Notes under the pieces: generated by a model | The model's database searches: none | What the model saw: only the letters and a program-made list of their open reading frames with translations | What the model was told of the DNA's origin: nothing | Program-made: the position numbers and the translations under genes | In this document: piece by piece, positions 46,835 through 57,824 of the stretch | How the letters are laid out: each line of letters starts with the position of its first letter | Position numbering within the stretch: the stretch's first letter is position 1 | Assembly: GCA_963825135.1 (NCBI GenBank) | Contig: CAWGRW010000009.1 | Span: 416,001 to 480,000, forward strand | Direction: 5' to 3' | Source: an uncultured bacterium | Lineage (GTDB): Bacteria; Desulfobacterota_D; UBA1144; Nemesobacterales; UBA2774 | Length of the DNA: 64,000 nt

Positions 46835-47407
46835 ATGGATAAAAGTTCGGTCCGAAGTGCTGACCAGTCATTGATGGAACGTATAAAAGAAGGGGATAAA
46901 TCCGCTTTCAGAGATCTCTATTCCAGATTTTCCCAGGTCGTCTTTAACCTAGCGTACCGTATGCTCAGGAGCAGGGAAGAGGCCGAAGAGGTAGTTCAGG
47001 AAATATTTCTGCAGGTATGGAACAAGGCGGACTCGTACGACTCCGAAAGGGCGGCCGTATCGACCTGGGTGATCAACATAGCAAGGAGCAGATCGATAGA
47101 CAAGCTGAGGACGCTCGGTTTCAAAGAGCAAACCACGGAATTAATTGAAGACAGAGTGAACTCTAAATCCGATTTTACTCGTATAGTAGAGGACAGGGAG
47201 GAGAGTAAAAAGATAATCCGGCAGGCCCTGGAAAGCCTCCCTGATAACCAGAGGCTCGCGATAGAGATGGTTTTCTTCGAAGGGCTAACGCACATGGAAG
47301 CGGCGGAGAGGCTGAACGAGCCCGTGGGGACGATCAAAACGCGTATCAGGCTCGGGGTATCGAAGCTGAAAGAACAGATTTCACCCTATTTCGGGGATTT
47401 GATTTAA
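46835..47407 (+). CDS. ECF sigma factor, SigK-like
   Basis: EAEEVVQEIFLQVW, IARSRSIDKLR, GTIKTRIRLG. Start set at 46835 because TTGACA-N16-TACAAT lies at 46779-46806; ORF track start is 46754. Confidence 0.9.
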   Translation: MDKSSVRSADQSLMERIKEGDKSAFRDLYSRFSQVVFNLAYRMLRSREEAEEVVQEIFLQVWNKADSYDSERAAVSTWVINIARSRSIDKLRTLGFKEQTTELIEDRVNSKSDFTRIVEDREESKKIIRQALESLPDNQRLAIEMVFFEGLTHMEAAERLNEPVGTIKTRIRLGVSKLKEQISPYFGDLI

Positions 47408-48181
47408 ATGACACATAAAGCGGAATACGAAGATCAAATAGCGTTATACTCACTCGGCCTCCTCGAGGGTCAGGAGTTAAGAGAGCTCGAAGAGCACCTC
47501 CGGGAAGGCTGTGACATATGCGGAGCCATTCTTAAGGACAGCGATTCGGTTTTTACGAGCCTGCCTTTTTGCCTCGAAGACGAGCCCCTTTCGAAAGACG
47601 TCGAAAAGAAGATATTCGACCGCCTTCAAGACAGGGAGCCGCTTCAGGAGAAACATTCTGTCTTTGATTTCTGGAAGAACCTGAGCCCCGTGTGGCTCAA
47701 TCTCGGGTCGGCCGTCTCTCTCGCAATCATAATCTTCCTCGTAGTCACGAACATATCCCTCAGGCGCGATCTCGAACTCCGGGAAAAGAGCATGAGCGAG
47801 ATGCAGGCGAAACTCTTGAATGACCGGAAAATCATGGAGTTAGCCTTGAAACCCGACGTAAACGAGGTGGACCTCGGGAGCAAGATGCCGGATCTCAAGG
47901 CATCGGGAAGGCTCTACTGGGACAAGGAAACGGATAAAGGCTTGTTTCTCGTATCCAGCATCCCCGTCCCCGAACAAGGCAAGACCTATCAGCTCTGGGC
48001 GATCGAGGGCGGGAAACCAGTCAGCATGGGCGTATTCGACGTGGACAAAGACGGGAAAGGGATGATGGAAATCAAACTCATGCCCGAGCCCGGAGGGCCC
48101 ATGCAGTTCGCCGTTACGCTCGAGCCCGCGGGCGGTATGCCCCAGCCCACGGGCGACATGTACCTCTACGGAACGCTCTAG
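47408..48181 (+). CDS. RskA-like anti-sigma factor (ZAS, TM, RskA C-domain)
   Basis: HLREGCDIC, one TM, KTYQLWAI, FAVTLEPAGGMPQPTG. Confidence 0.92.
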   Translation: MTHKAEYEDQIALYSLGLLEGQELRELEEHLREGCDICGAILKDSDSVFTSLPFCLEDEPLSKDVEKKIFDRLQDREPLQEKHSVFDFWKNLSPVWLNLGSAVSLAIIIFLVVTNISLRRDLELREKSMSEMQAKLLNDRKIMELALKPDVNEVDLGSKMPDLKASGRLYWDKETDKGLFLVSSIPVPEQGKTYQLWAIEGGKPVSMGVFDVDKDGKGMMEIKLMPEPGGPMQFAVTLEPAGGMPQPTGDMYLYGTL

Positions 48182-48266
48182 AGCCGCAAACGAAACCGGC
48201 CTGCCCGCCCCTCCGAAACAGGGTACACGGGCATTTTGTAAATTCCCGCATACTCAAGAAAAAAAA

Positions 48267-48294
48267 GGATCCATGCACTTGAATCGAGCGTATA
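48267..48294 (+). promoter_or_regulatory. Putative ECF promoter upstream of the DUF547 gene
   Basis: GGATCC-N16-CGTATA. Confidence 0.5.
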
Positions 48295-48345
48295 TTGGAT
48301 AGATAATCCGGGAGGCGCAATTGGTAAAACGGGACGGGCTTTAGA

Positions 48346-49113
48346 ATGAATTACATCTCCGGTCTGCTTACGGTTTTCGTCTTACTGTCTTTCGTTTTCA
48401 TTCGCGGGGCGTCGGGGGAGACGTTTGACCGCTCGCACAAACTCTACGGTGAAGTTTTGTCCCTCTACGTGAAGGACGGCCTTGTCGATTACATTGGGCT
48501 CAAATCGAATCCCGGAGATCTCGAGGCATATCTCGAATCGACCGCGCAGGTAACCGGGCGGGAATTCGAGGGCTCGACCCGCGAAGAGCAGCTCGCATTT
48601 CTCATCGACCTCTACAACGCCCGGACGCTCCAGCTGGTAGTCGATAATTACCCCGTAAAAAGTATACGGGATATAGGGAGCGGCGCGAAAGGGCCGTGGG
48701 ACATAGACTTTATTCCCCTGTTCGGCGAAAAGATCTCGCTGAACACGCTTGAGAACGGCATAATAAGAAAAAAATACGGCGAGCCCCGAGTGCACTTCGT
48801 CCTCGTCTGCGCGGCAATGGGATGCCCTCCCCTCCTGAGCGAGCCTTACGTCGCGGACAAACTGGACAAACAGCTCGAAACACAGACCAAAAAATTTCTC
48901 GACGACCCGCGGAGGAACTCCGTCGACAGGGGGAATAAAATTTTACGGCTCTCCCCGATATTCAAATGGTATAAGGCGGACTTCGAGACGAAGTCGGGAT
49001 CGGTACAGGATTTCCTGAAATCACATTACACGGACGTCCCGCCCGGGGAGTACAGGATTGTATATGCAGAATACGACTGGTCGCTGAACGATAAATCCGC
49101 TAAAGTGAAATAA
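48346..49113 (+). CDS. DUF547 domain secreted protein
   Basis: LAFLIDLYNA, EPRVHFVLVCAAMGCPPL, LSPIFKWY, YDWSLN. Confidence 0.9.
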   Translation: MNYISGLLTVFVLLSFVFIRGASGETFDRSHKLYGEVLSLYVKDGLVDYIGLKSNPGDLEAYLESTAQVTGREFEGSTREEQLAFLIDLYNARTLQLVVDNYPVKSIRDIGSGAKGPWDIDFIPLFGEKISLNTLENGIIRKKYGEPRVHFVLVCAAMGCPPLLSEPYVADKLDKQLETQTKKFLDDPRRNSVDRGNKILRLSPIFKWYKADFETKSGSVQDFLKSHYTDVPPGEYRIVYAEYDWSLNDKSAKVK

Positions 49114-49183
49114 TAGTTAGCTGGTCAAAATAAAATAACACCGAAGATAAACGCGACGCATATACCCGGATCAAGGAGATGAG

Positions 49184-51563
49184 ATGTTCGGAATAATAAA
49201 AAGATATACGAGGTGGCTTCATACGCAGTGGCCCGCCGGGATCGTGGAGAAGCTCCCGGAAGTAAAAGAGGACTACTCGACCAACGTGCCGGGATTATAC
49301 ATCGTTGGAGACCTCACCGGAATACCGCTCCTGAAATTCTCCTCCGATTCCGGCGCAAGGGCCGTGATGAATATACTCCGGGACGAGGGGTTCCTGAAAA
49401 GCCGCGAAACCATCAAGGACGGGATACTCGACCTCGTTATAGTCGGGGCCGGAGTCTCGGGAATGGCGGCGGCGCTGGAGGCGAAAAAGAACGGGCTCAG
49501 GTTCGAGATACTCGAAGCCACGGAGCCCTTTTCCACCATTATCAACTTCCCGAAGGGAAAACACATCTACACGTACCCGACCGACATGGTCCCCGCGGGA
49601 GACCTGCAGTTCACGAAGGAAATCAAAGAGCCGCTGATCGACGAAATAAAGGGAGAGACCCTCGACAAAGGCATCACACCCAGGATTCAAAGGGTCGAGA
49701 AGGTCGTCAGCAGGGACGGGCTCGTCGAAGTCGTGGTCCCGGACGCCGGGAGCATTAGAGCGCTCCGGGCAATAGTGGGCATAGGCCGCTCAGGCAATTT
49801 CAGGATGCTCGGAGTACCCGGAGAGAACAAGGACAAGGTCTTCAACAGACTCCACGACCCGAAGGACTTCGAGGGCAGGAACGTGCTCGTCGTCGGCGGA
49901 GGCGACAGCGCTCTCGAGACGTCAATAGCCATTGCGAAGGCGGGGGGGAACGTCACGCACTCCTACAGGAACGAGGAGTTCTCTCGCCCCAAACCCGAGA
50001 ACATCGAGTACATAAAGATGCTCATGGCGGACCCGATGGCGGACGTCTCCGTCGAAACGCCGACCTCCGAGCGCGTAACGACGAGCACGGGAGGCTTCAT
50101 GCCCGGAGAGCACAAGCCCGGGAAGTTGAGCCTCATGATGAAGAGCCGCGTAAAGAGCATCGGCGACACAGATGTGACACTCGCAGCCGGTGACGGTAAA
50201 GAGGTCACAATCCCCAACGATTCGGTATTTACCATGATAGGGCGCGAAGCCCCGCTCGATTTCTTCAGGCGGAGCGGCGTAAAAATCAAAGGCGAGCTGG
50301 GGTCGAAGGGACTGTCGCTGATGATACTCTTCCTTCTCTTCTGCGCATTCGTTTACAACTGGAAAGCGGGCGGCTCCCTGACCATGCTCTTCGAGAAGGG
50401 CGGATGGTTCCCGTTCAACATACCGGCCCTCCTGAGCGGCCTCGGCGGGACTATCGCGGCCTCGGCAAAAGACCCCTCCACGTTTATCGGAACCATGGCG
50501 ATTACGCTCGAAGAGCCCGGTTTTTACTATTCTCTCGCGTACTCCACGCTCATAGTAGTTTTCGGCATCCTGCGCATAAGGAGGAGGAAGACGCCCTATA
50601 TCGCGGCGCAGACGGCTTCGCTCGCCCTAGTCCAGCTCATACCTCTATTCCTGCTGCCCTACATCCTCCTCCCTTATCTCGGGCACAACGGCCTTTTCGA
50701 CACGGGGTTCATGAAGACAGTAGGGGACGCCCTCTTTCCCGTGGCCAATTACGGGCAAGGCCGGGAATACTGGAGGGCTTTCGGTTTCATCCTCGCGTGG
50801 CCCCTTTTCATATGGAACGTTTTCAGCTACCAGCCCCTCTGGACGTGGCTCGTCATCAGTCTCATACAGACGTTCGTAATAATCCCTCTCATCATCTACT
50901 TCTGGGGCAAGGGGGCATACTGCGGCTGGCTATGCTCCTGCGGCGCGATGGCCGAGACGCTCGGCGATACCCAGCGGCACAAGATGCCCCACGGGGCGAA
51001 ATGGAACAGGCTCAACATGGCGGGGCAGGTCATACTCGCCCTCGCATTCATCATCCTCTTTGCGCGCCTCCTCAGCTGGGCGGTCCCGAACACCTGGTTC
51101 GGACAGTCGGTGGGTAAGTTCTACGAGAACGCGCTCTACGGATGGCATCCGTTCGGGGTCCAGCTCAACTACAGGTGGGTAGTCGACCTCTTCCTCGCGG
51201 GGATCGTGGGGTATGGACTTTATTTCTGGTACAGCGGAAGGGTATGGTGCAGGTTCATGTGCCCTCTCGCCGCGCTCATGCACATATACTCCAGGTTCAG
51301 CCGGTTCAGAATCCTAGCCGACAAGAAGAAGTGCATATCGTGCAACGTATGCACCTCGGTCTGCCACCAGGGGATAGACATAATGAACTTTGCGAACAAG
51401 GGCCTCCCGATGAGCGACCCCGAGTGCGTGAGGTGCAGCGCGTGCGTCCAGTCATGCCCGACAGGGCGTGCTCACGTTCGGGCAGATAGACCGCAAAAGC
51501 GGAAGGGTAATCAAGGTCGATTCCCTCGCCGCCTCCCCGGTCCTGATGAGGGAGAGGAAATGA
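49184..51563 (+). CDS. FAD/NAD(P)H flavoprotein fused to a membrane 4Fe-4S (NapH/YccM-like) domain; +1 frameshift near 51465
   Basis: GAGVSG, GGGDSALE, TMs, CGWLCSCG, CRFMCP, two CxxCxxCxxxC motifs. Removing one G after CPT restores CPTGVLTFGQ...RERK-TGA (51563). Confidence 0.85.
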
Positions 51564-51727
51564 GCTTGGTATAAAAGCCCGGCCCCGTCTCACGCTACAG
51601 CGGCTCAGAACGAAAATACTCCGGAAAATATGAGACGCTTATACGGCAGAGGCGGAAGAATCCCCGGTCACTTTCACTCGCCGCGGCGGGACGGGTACTA
51701 TGTAGTTAACCGCGCGCGGATAACTCT

Positions 51728-52423
51728 ATGACGCCAAAAATCCTCGTTATAATCCCGGCATTGAATGAAGAGAGCTCGATCGGAAAGGTTATAGCCGATA
51801 TTCCGCGGGACCTCGTGAGCGAGGTCGTCGTTACGGATAACGGCTCTGCCGACGGGACCGCGAAGACCGCCGCCCGGGCGGGCGCCACGGTGCTCAGGGA
51901 ACAGAGGCGCGGGTACGGCTACGCCTGCATGAAGGGTATGGATTACGCACTCTCGAAACCGGCGGGAGAACAACCGGATATTATCGTGTTCCTCGACGGG
52001 GATTACTCGGACTACCCCGGGGAGATGCGCTCTCTCGTAAAACCGATCATCGAAGACGGGTTCGATATGGTCATCGGCTCGCGGACACGAGGCGCACGCG
52101 AGAGAGGGGCGCTCCTCCCCCAGGCGCTATTCGGAAACGCGCTCGCGACGACGCTCATGAAACGGCTCTACGGGGTGGAGTTCACCGACCTCGGCCCCTT
52201 CCGCGCAATCAGATTTGATAAATTGATGACTCTCGGAATGTCGGACATGACCTACGGATGGACGGTGGAGATGCAGATAAAGGCGGCGAAAAAAGGGCTC
52301 AGGTGCGGGGAGGTGCCCGTGAGCTACAGGAAGCGCATAGGCGTCTCGAAGGTGACGGGGACTCTCGGGGGCACTGTCAGGGCGGGCTATAAAATACTGT
52401 GGACGATATTTAAAAATATATGA
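51728..52423 (+). CDS. Glycosyltransferase family 2 (DPM1-like)
   Basis: IIPALNEE, DNGSADGT, FLDGDYSD, TDLGPFRAI, YGWTVEMQ. Confidence 0.92.
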   Translation: MTPKILVIIPALNEESSIGKVIADIPRDLVSEVVVTDNGSADGTAKTAARAGATVLREQRRGYGYACMKGMDYALSKPAGEQPDIIVFLDGDYSDYPGEMRSLVKPIIEDGFDMVIGSRTRGARERGALLPQALFGNALATTLMKRLYGVEFTDLGPFRAIRFDKLMTLGMSDMTYGWTVEMQIKAAKKGLRCGEVPVSYRKRIGVSKVTGTLGGTVRAGYKILWTIFKNI

Positions 52424-52435
52424 GGCCTAATACCG

Positions 52436-53545
52436 TTAGTACAGGAAATCCACGAGGCTCCCTATGCGGAGCCATAGTCTCGCGAGCGGGTTTAGTATTA
52501 TGCTCTCGCCCGTGAACACCGCGACACTCACCGACGCCCCTATCCTGAGCTTGTATTTATTTTTGTCGATGTCCGTGATCCTGAGCCGCACCGGAAAACG
52601 CTGGGCGAGCTGCACCCAGTTCTCGGAGTTGTCCACGACCGGGAGCTCTCCCGAGGGGATCCCCTGCCCGGAGCTCACGCCCCAGTCCGTACTCTCGACG
52701 ACCGCATTGAAGATCGTCCCCGGGTAAAGAGCGAGGCTTATCTCCGCCCTCTGCCCGGCCTTGATCCGCCCCACGCTGTTCTCCCTGAAGTTCGCGACGA
52801 CCCGCCAGTTATCGTCGTCCACGAACGTGAGGGCGGGCTCGCCCGTTTTTACATAAGCCCCGACGGTGAGCTGCAGATTGCTGACGTATCCGTCCGTAGG
52901 GGCGTAGTACGTGGCCTGTGAGAGGTTGTACTCTGCGAGCGCGAGATTGGCTTCTACCTCTTTTATTATCGCGTAATCCCCGTCTATCTTGTATTCGAGA
53001 GCCTGCTTTGCCTTCTCAAAATCGGCTTTGGATTGATTCAATTGGGCCTCGGTCGAATTTAGCTGTTCCGTGGCCTTGTCGAATTCGAGCCTGGCTATGT
53101 AATTTTTCTCGACGAGCGGCTCGAGGTCTTTATAGCGCTTCGACGCGTACGCGTGATCGGCCATGGATTTCTTCACAGCCTGATCGGCGGCCGCTATATC
53201 ACTCTTGATCTCGTCTATATTCTGCCTCGTCTGTACGAGCTTCGCTCTCAGCTGCTGGACCTGGTACGCGTAGGGTCTCGGATCGAGGCTGAACAGCTTC
53301 TGCCCCTTATCCGCGTACTCGTTATTCCTTACGTAGACTTCGATTACCTGCCCGTCCACTTGAGGCGCAACCTGAAGCACGTATGCCTGTACATATGCGT
53401 CGCTCGTATAAGGCGTGTACCTGTCGAGAAGGATATAGTAAACGATCAGCAGGGCGATCAGGGAAATGATAAAAATCACCCAGAATTTCGCCGTGTAGGT
53501 CAATTCACCGAGCTTGAATCTGGACGTAATGTCTTTAAGGCTCAT
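52436..53545 (-). CDS. HlyD/EmrA-type membrane fusion protein
   Basis: TSDAYV, VAPQVDG, APTDGYV, ANFRE, WVQLAQRFPVR. Confidence 0.92.
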   Translation of the reverse strand: MSLKDITSRFKLGELTYTAKFWVIFIISLIALLIVYYILLDRYTPYTSDAYVQAYVLQVAPQVDGQVIEVYVRNNEYADKGQKLFSLDPRPYAYQVQQLRAKLVQTRQNIDEIKSDIAAADQAVKKSMADHAYASKRYKDLEPLVEKNYIARLEFDKATEQLNSTEAQLNQSKADFEKAKQALEYKIDGDYAIIKEVEANLALAEYNLSQATYYAPTDGYVSNLQLTVGAYVKTGEPALTFVDDDNWRVVANFRENSVGRIKAGQRAEISLALYPGTIFNAVVESTDWGVSSGQGIPSGELPVVDNSENWVQLAQRFPVRLRITDIDKNKYKLRIGASVSVAVFTGESIILNPLARLWLRIGSLVDFLY

Positions 53546-53647
53546 TGAATCATGGCACCGGGAAAAACTCTAAAGACCTTATCGATAAATTGCCGGATGT
53601 GTTATCGGCTCCGCCGTTCGATCCGGGCGGACAGGACCGGCATACCC

Positions 53648-54052
53648 TCACCAGCCCCAGGGACCGCCCGCCCAGCCCCACAAGCCGGGTCCGAACTCGG
53701 CCTGCTCGGCCATCATCGCGGTCTCTTCCTCTTCGTTGACGATGTTGGACTGGTAAACCATCTGCTGGTACCTGTCATAAGCCGCCTGGTCTCCGGTCCA
53801 TATGCATTGACAGTTATTCGGGTCGGTATACCAATATAGTGGCTTGTTGTCCCGTACGCTGAACTGGATCTTGTAAGGGGTAACGGAATTCAGCATGTTC
53901 AGCTGTTCGGGCGTATCGGCCGAGACAATCTGGAACCCCGCGGCGGCCAGCATCTCCTCTGTGCTCTTCGACTGCTCGCCCTGTATCGTAGCGCAGCCCC
54001 CGAATATAACCGCCGCCGCGAATAGCGATAAAGCCAATCCGAACTTAAGCAT
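53648..54052 (-). CDS. Hypothetical lipoprotein
   Basis: Lipobox IFGGC; EMLAAAGF, DPNNCQCIWTGDQAAYDRY; W/G/P tail. Confidence 0.75.
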   Translation of the reverse strand: MLKFGLALSLFAAAVIFGGCATIQGEQSKSTEEMLAAAGFQIVSADTPEQLNMLNSVTPYKIQFSVRDNKPLYWYTDPNNCQCIWTGDQAAYDRYQQMVYQSNIVNEEEETAMMAEQAEFGPGLWGWAGGPWGW

Positions 54053-54154
54053 AAAATAACTCCTCCTTTACAATCTCGCCGGATAGCGCGTGTCGGGCCG
54101 CCGGCGGCCAACGTAAAACTAACACCTAAATCAAAATAATTAAATAGCCCGCCG

Positions 54155-55420
54155 TTATTTGGAATTCGTCCTCTTATTGTTCCACTTCACGGCGGTTTCC
54201 AGAGTGAGGCCCTGAACGATAATTGAAAACACCACGACGACATACGTCATGAGCACTACCAGGTCCCGTTGAGGCGAATCGACCAAAGCGAGCGCGAGCG
54301 CTATGGATACCCCTCCCCTTATGCCGCTCCAGGTCATTATAAAACCGGAGAGCGAGGGGATATGTCTGAAGAATTTTAAAAATACGAGCGGCACCTCGAC
54401 GCTTACATACCGGGCCGCAGTGATGAGAGGGATAGCGATTATGCCGCAGATTATATAAGACTTCCTGAGGTGGAGCACGAGCACTTCAAACCCTAGCAGA
54501 ACGAACAGAATTGCGTTCAGGACGTCGTCTATAACCTCCCACAGGCTCTTCACGTAAGACCTCACCTGATCGGCGGAGTGCGGCAGGAACCCTCGCCTCC
54601 TGGCGAGAAAGAGACCCGCCACGACGCATGTCAGCGGGCCGGAGACGTCGAGCAGCTCGGCCAGGATGTATCCCCCCGATACCAGCGAAAGCGTAATGAG
54701 CGCCACGACGATCCTGCCGTCCGGGCTCCGCTTGGTTATCTCGTAGATCATCCTGTGGCTGATAAATCCGAGCACGATACCCAGGGCGAGGCCGCCGAAG
54801 GCTTCTTTTAGGAAAAACTGGGCTATATGAAACGCCGAGACCTGGGTCTCTCCCGAAGCGATTTCGGTGAAGAGGACGAAAAGCACCACCGCTACCGCGT
54901 CGTTAAAGAGGGACTCTCCCGAAATTATCGATTCAAGCGTCTTCCCGGGCTGAACGCGCCTGAAGAGCTTGAGGACGATAATGGCGTCTATGGGAGATAT
55001 AACCGCGCCGAATATCAGCGAGTAGACCAATGGCAGGTTGACGCCCAATGCCCCGAATATCCACCATACGATAACTCCGGTCAGAAAGGTGGCGATGATC
55101 ATTCCCAGCGTCGCCAGATACGCGATAGTCCACCTGTATTCCCCCAATTCGTCGATGTTCACGCTTGAAGCGCCCGCGAAAAGCAAAAAACTCAGCATGC
55201 CGTTCATCAACAGATGGTCGAAGTCGGCCGCGTCCACGATCTTGGCCGCCCATTCCACGCCGTCGACCCCAAGATACCCGAGAGCGATTATGAGGACGGA
55301 GGCTATGAGCGAAGCGAGCATCACCCCTATCGTCGTGGGGAGCCTTATGAACGCCTCATTGATGAAACTGAATAGAGCCGTAATTGTAATTAGTATTGTG
55401 AATATCGCGAATAGATCCAT
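54155..55420 (-). CDS. CPA1 Na+/H+ antiporter (NhaP-like)
   Basis: LSFLLFAGA, ISPIDAI, GESLFND, WSGIRGG, IVQGLT. Confidence 0.92.
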   Translation of the reverse strand: MDLFAIFTILITITALFSFINEAFIRLPTTIGVMLASLIASVLIIALGYLGVDGVEWAAKIVDAADFDHLLMNGMLSFLLFAGASSVNIDELGEYRWTIAYLATLGMIIATFLTGVIVWWIFGALGVNLPLVYSLIFGAVISPIDAIIVLKLFRRVQPGKTLESIISGESLFNDAVAVVLFVLFTEIASGETQVSAFHIAQFFLKEAFGGLALGIVLGFISHRMIYEITKRSPDGRIVVALITLSLVSGGYILAELLDVSGPLTCVVAGLFLARRRGFLPHSADQVRSYVKSLWEVIDDVLNAILFVLLGFEVLVLHLRKSYIICGIIAIPLITAARYVSVEVPLVFLKFFRHIPSLSGFIMTWSGIRGGVSIALALALVDSPQRDLVVLMTYVVVVFSIIVQGLTLETAVKWNNKRTNSK

Positions 55421-55526
55421 CGAGTTTAGAGCCCGGACTCCTCTTCCAAATATATCTCGATATTCATCACGCCATTATACAAAGCGGGCCCGGGATTGTC
55501 CAGAAACCCCGCACAAAAGTGCGGAG

Positions 55527-57758
55527 TCACGCTTTCGAGGCCGTGAGACTCATGCCCGCCGGCAGCTCGGATGCGTTAATCTTGTTGATGCATACGGTAA
55601 TTTTATATAGCGAGGAGAGCACCCCGTCGACGCTCGTCGCGATTAGCACGTCCCTTTCCAGATCCTCGAGGGGAAATTGTTTCCAGAAACCCGTCTCGCG
55701 GAATTCCTGCCTGTGGTCCTTAATCCTCGGCATTAGGGCCGCGAGCGGAAGGCTCGTATCCTCGCGCGTCCTGAATTGTCTGGACGCCTCGTCGAACAGG
55801 ACGCAGACCGTCTTGTAATCGGGCGCCAGGTGTTCGAGGTATTTCTTTATCAAATCGTTTTCCATCTCGCCGTAGATAGTTCTTTTCAGAGTCTCGAGCT
55901 CGGCGAATATTACCTCGAGGGCTTCTATTATCTCTATAAACTCCTCCGCGTGCAGCTTGTCGTCGCTGATAATGAACTGGGCGTCAAACAACAGGGACGT
56001 GCTCGTGGGCATTGTCGCGGCGAGCGGGTCTACGAGCGATTCAATCTTCTCCCTCTCCTTCTCGTCCAGCATGAGCAGTTTCCCGAATATGGTCCCGCTG
56101 ATGCCTAGCGCTCTCGATATCTTCTTCTTGAGCTCGTTGTAGGGACTTACCGGCCACACGTTATAGAGCACGAGCAGCCCTATCGCGGAAGCCATTAGAA
56201 GCGCGGAGAACCTCATCATCGCGAGATCGAGGTTAACCGGAGGGCCTGTGCCCGTGAGGAAGACGTACGGGACCATGAGGCCGGCCTGAAGACCTGAGAA
56301 CGCCACTTTCTGACTCCCGCTCGTAACGTACGCGGAAACAAAAAATCCTAGAGAGAAAAGGAGTACAAGTATTAAAAAGTGGGGTATCAGAGCGACTATA
56401 TATAAACCCGCTATGCCGTAGAGGAGCCCCAGCAAGACGCCTATGATCGCGAGCTTCCCTCTCAGGTGCGCCTGCCCGGTATTGGGGATGGAGCCGAACA
56501 GCACTCCGTAGAACGAAGCCTGGAAACCGCCCGGCAGATGGATGACGAGCTCTCCGAACAGAAGCAGCATTATTACCAGGATCGTCTTCAGGGATTGATG
56601 AGCGGTCTCTTCCGTGATATAGAATTTCTTCTTCGCCCGCTCTTTTACCACTTCGGGGGCCCTTGTCACCCTCTCCGCAGCCAGCTTATCGTATCCGTGG
56701 TCGCGAATCACGCCCCAGACGCCGTAAGATTTCCGGAGAAGCGTCACGGTGTCTTCGAGGAGCGGCAGGATCGCGCCGAACGCCAGGAGGTCCTCGAAGT
56801 AGTCCTGGTCTTTTCCCTCGGCCGAATGCATGCTCTCGTAGCGCTCCTTCAAAGCCGCGATTTTATCGTCGAGCCCGCTATCCGCATTCGCCGCGGAACG
56901 GTTTTCTCCCATCGCGGAAGCCATATCCCCGAACCCGTCCGAAAGCGCGCCGAACAGGTCCTTCAGCCTGCCCGTAACATCCTCGTCCTCGAGGCACGGG
57001 TGCTCATCTCCCATGAAACCGCCGATCAGGTCGAGCTTGATATATACGCTCTTTGCGTACGCCACGAGCATCAAAAAAGGGTCCGTCGGAAACCCCTCCC
57101 CTCTCGTCTCATGCCCCGTCCGCCGCACGAGATTGACCAGGTTGGTAAAGGTATCGAGCGTGGAGGACGCGAATTTCAGATTCCCCGTGATTTTCCCTTC
57201 GCAGCGGGCGTAGCTCCCGAAGCGGTCCGAATAATCTTTATACACGGTCGAGAGCGTGAGAAATAATGCTTCCCTGCTCCTCTGGGGCCAGATAATTTCA
57301 TCCACGAGCCACGAGACCGTGACCGCTATAAAGAGCTGAACCATATAGTTCTCGACAGTGATCGTAGTTTGGGAGACCGTGCTGAATATCGCGACGAACA
57401 TCGAAATCGCCGTGAGTATCGCGCTCAGCACGGAGGCAATAGTGTACTTCCCTATAAACGTGATACAGAAAAAAATCCCGATCGACCCGAGGATCAGGTA
57501 AAGCGGCTTCGAATCGAGGAAATAATAGACGATCAGGAGTGAATAAATCCCGCTCAATATGCAGCCGATGAGGGACTGGACGCCGACCTCGAGCGTCTTG
57601 CCGTGATACCCGGTCATTATCATGTAAAGGATGACAGGAGACAGGTAGCTCGAAGGGAGGTGGAAGTAGTTACATATGAGGATGCATATTATCCCTCCAA
57701 GAGTGATTTTAAGCGCGGCTTTGACGCGGAAGACGGCAAGATAATGTTTAAGGTTCAT
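55527..57758 (-). CDS. FUSC-family (aromatic acid exporter-like) membrane protein
   Basis: Two TM blocks each followed by WP and a long helical domain; HlyD gene nearby on the same strand. Confidence 0.75.
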   Translation of the reverse strand: MNLKHYLAVFRVKAALKITLGGIICILICNYFHLPSSYLSPVILYMIMTGYHGKTLEVGVQSLIGCILSGIYSLLIVYYFLDSKPLYLILGSIGIFFCITFIGKYTIASVLSAILTAISMFVAIFSTVSQTTITVENYMVQLFIAVTVSWLVDEIIWPQRSREALFLTLSTVYKDYSDRFGSYARCEGKITGNLKFASSTLDTFTNLVNLVRRTGHETRGEGFPTDPFLMLVAYAKSVYIKLDLIGGFMGDEHPCLEDEDVTGRLKDLFGALSDGFGDMASAMGENRSAANADSGLDDKIAALKERYESMHSAEGKDQDYFEDLLAFGAILPLLEDTVTLLRKSYGVWGVIRDHGYDKLAAERVTRAPEVVKERAKKKFYITEETAHQSLKTILVIMLLLFGELVIHLPGGFQASFYGVLFGSIPNTGQAHLRGKLAIIGVLLGLLYGIAGLYIVALIPHFLILVLLFSLGFFVSAYVTSGSQKVAFSGLQAGLMVPYVFLTGTGPPVNLDLAMMRFSALLMASAIGLLVLYNVWPVSPYNELKKKISRALGISGTIFGKLLMLDEKEREKIESLVDPLAATMPTSTSLLFDAQFIISDDKLHAEEFIEIIEALEVIFAELETLKRTIYGEMENDLIKKYLEHLAPDYKTVCVLFDEASRQFRTREDTSLPLAALMPRIKDHRQEFRETGFWKQFPLEDLERDVLIATSVDGVLSSLYKITVCINKINASELPAGMSLTASKA

Positions 57759-57824
57759 CTATAGTCCGGATGCAGCGGAGAATAACTCCACACGCTCATC
57801 GTAGTTCGATTTATCTTGCCCCTG

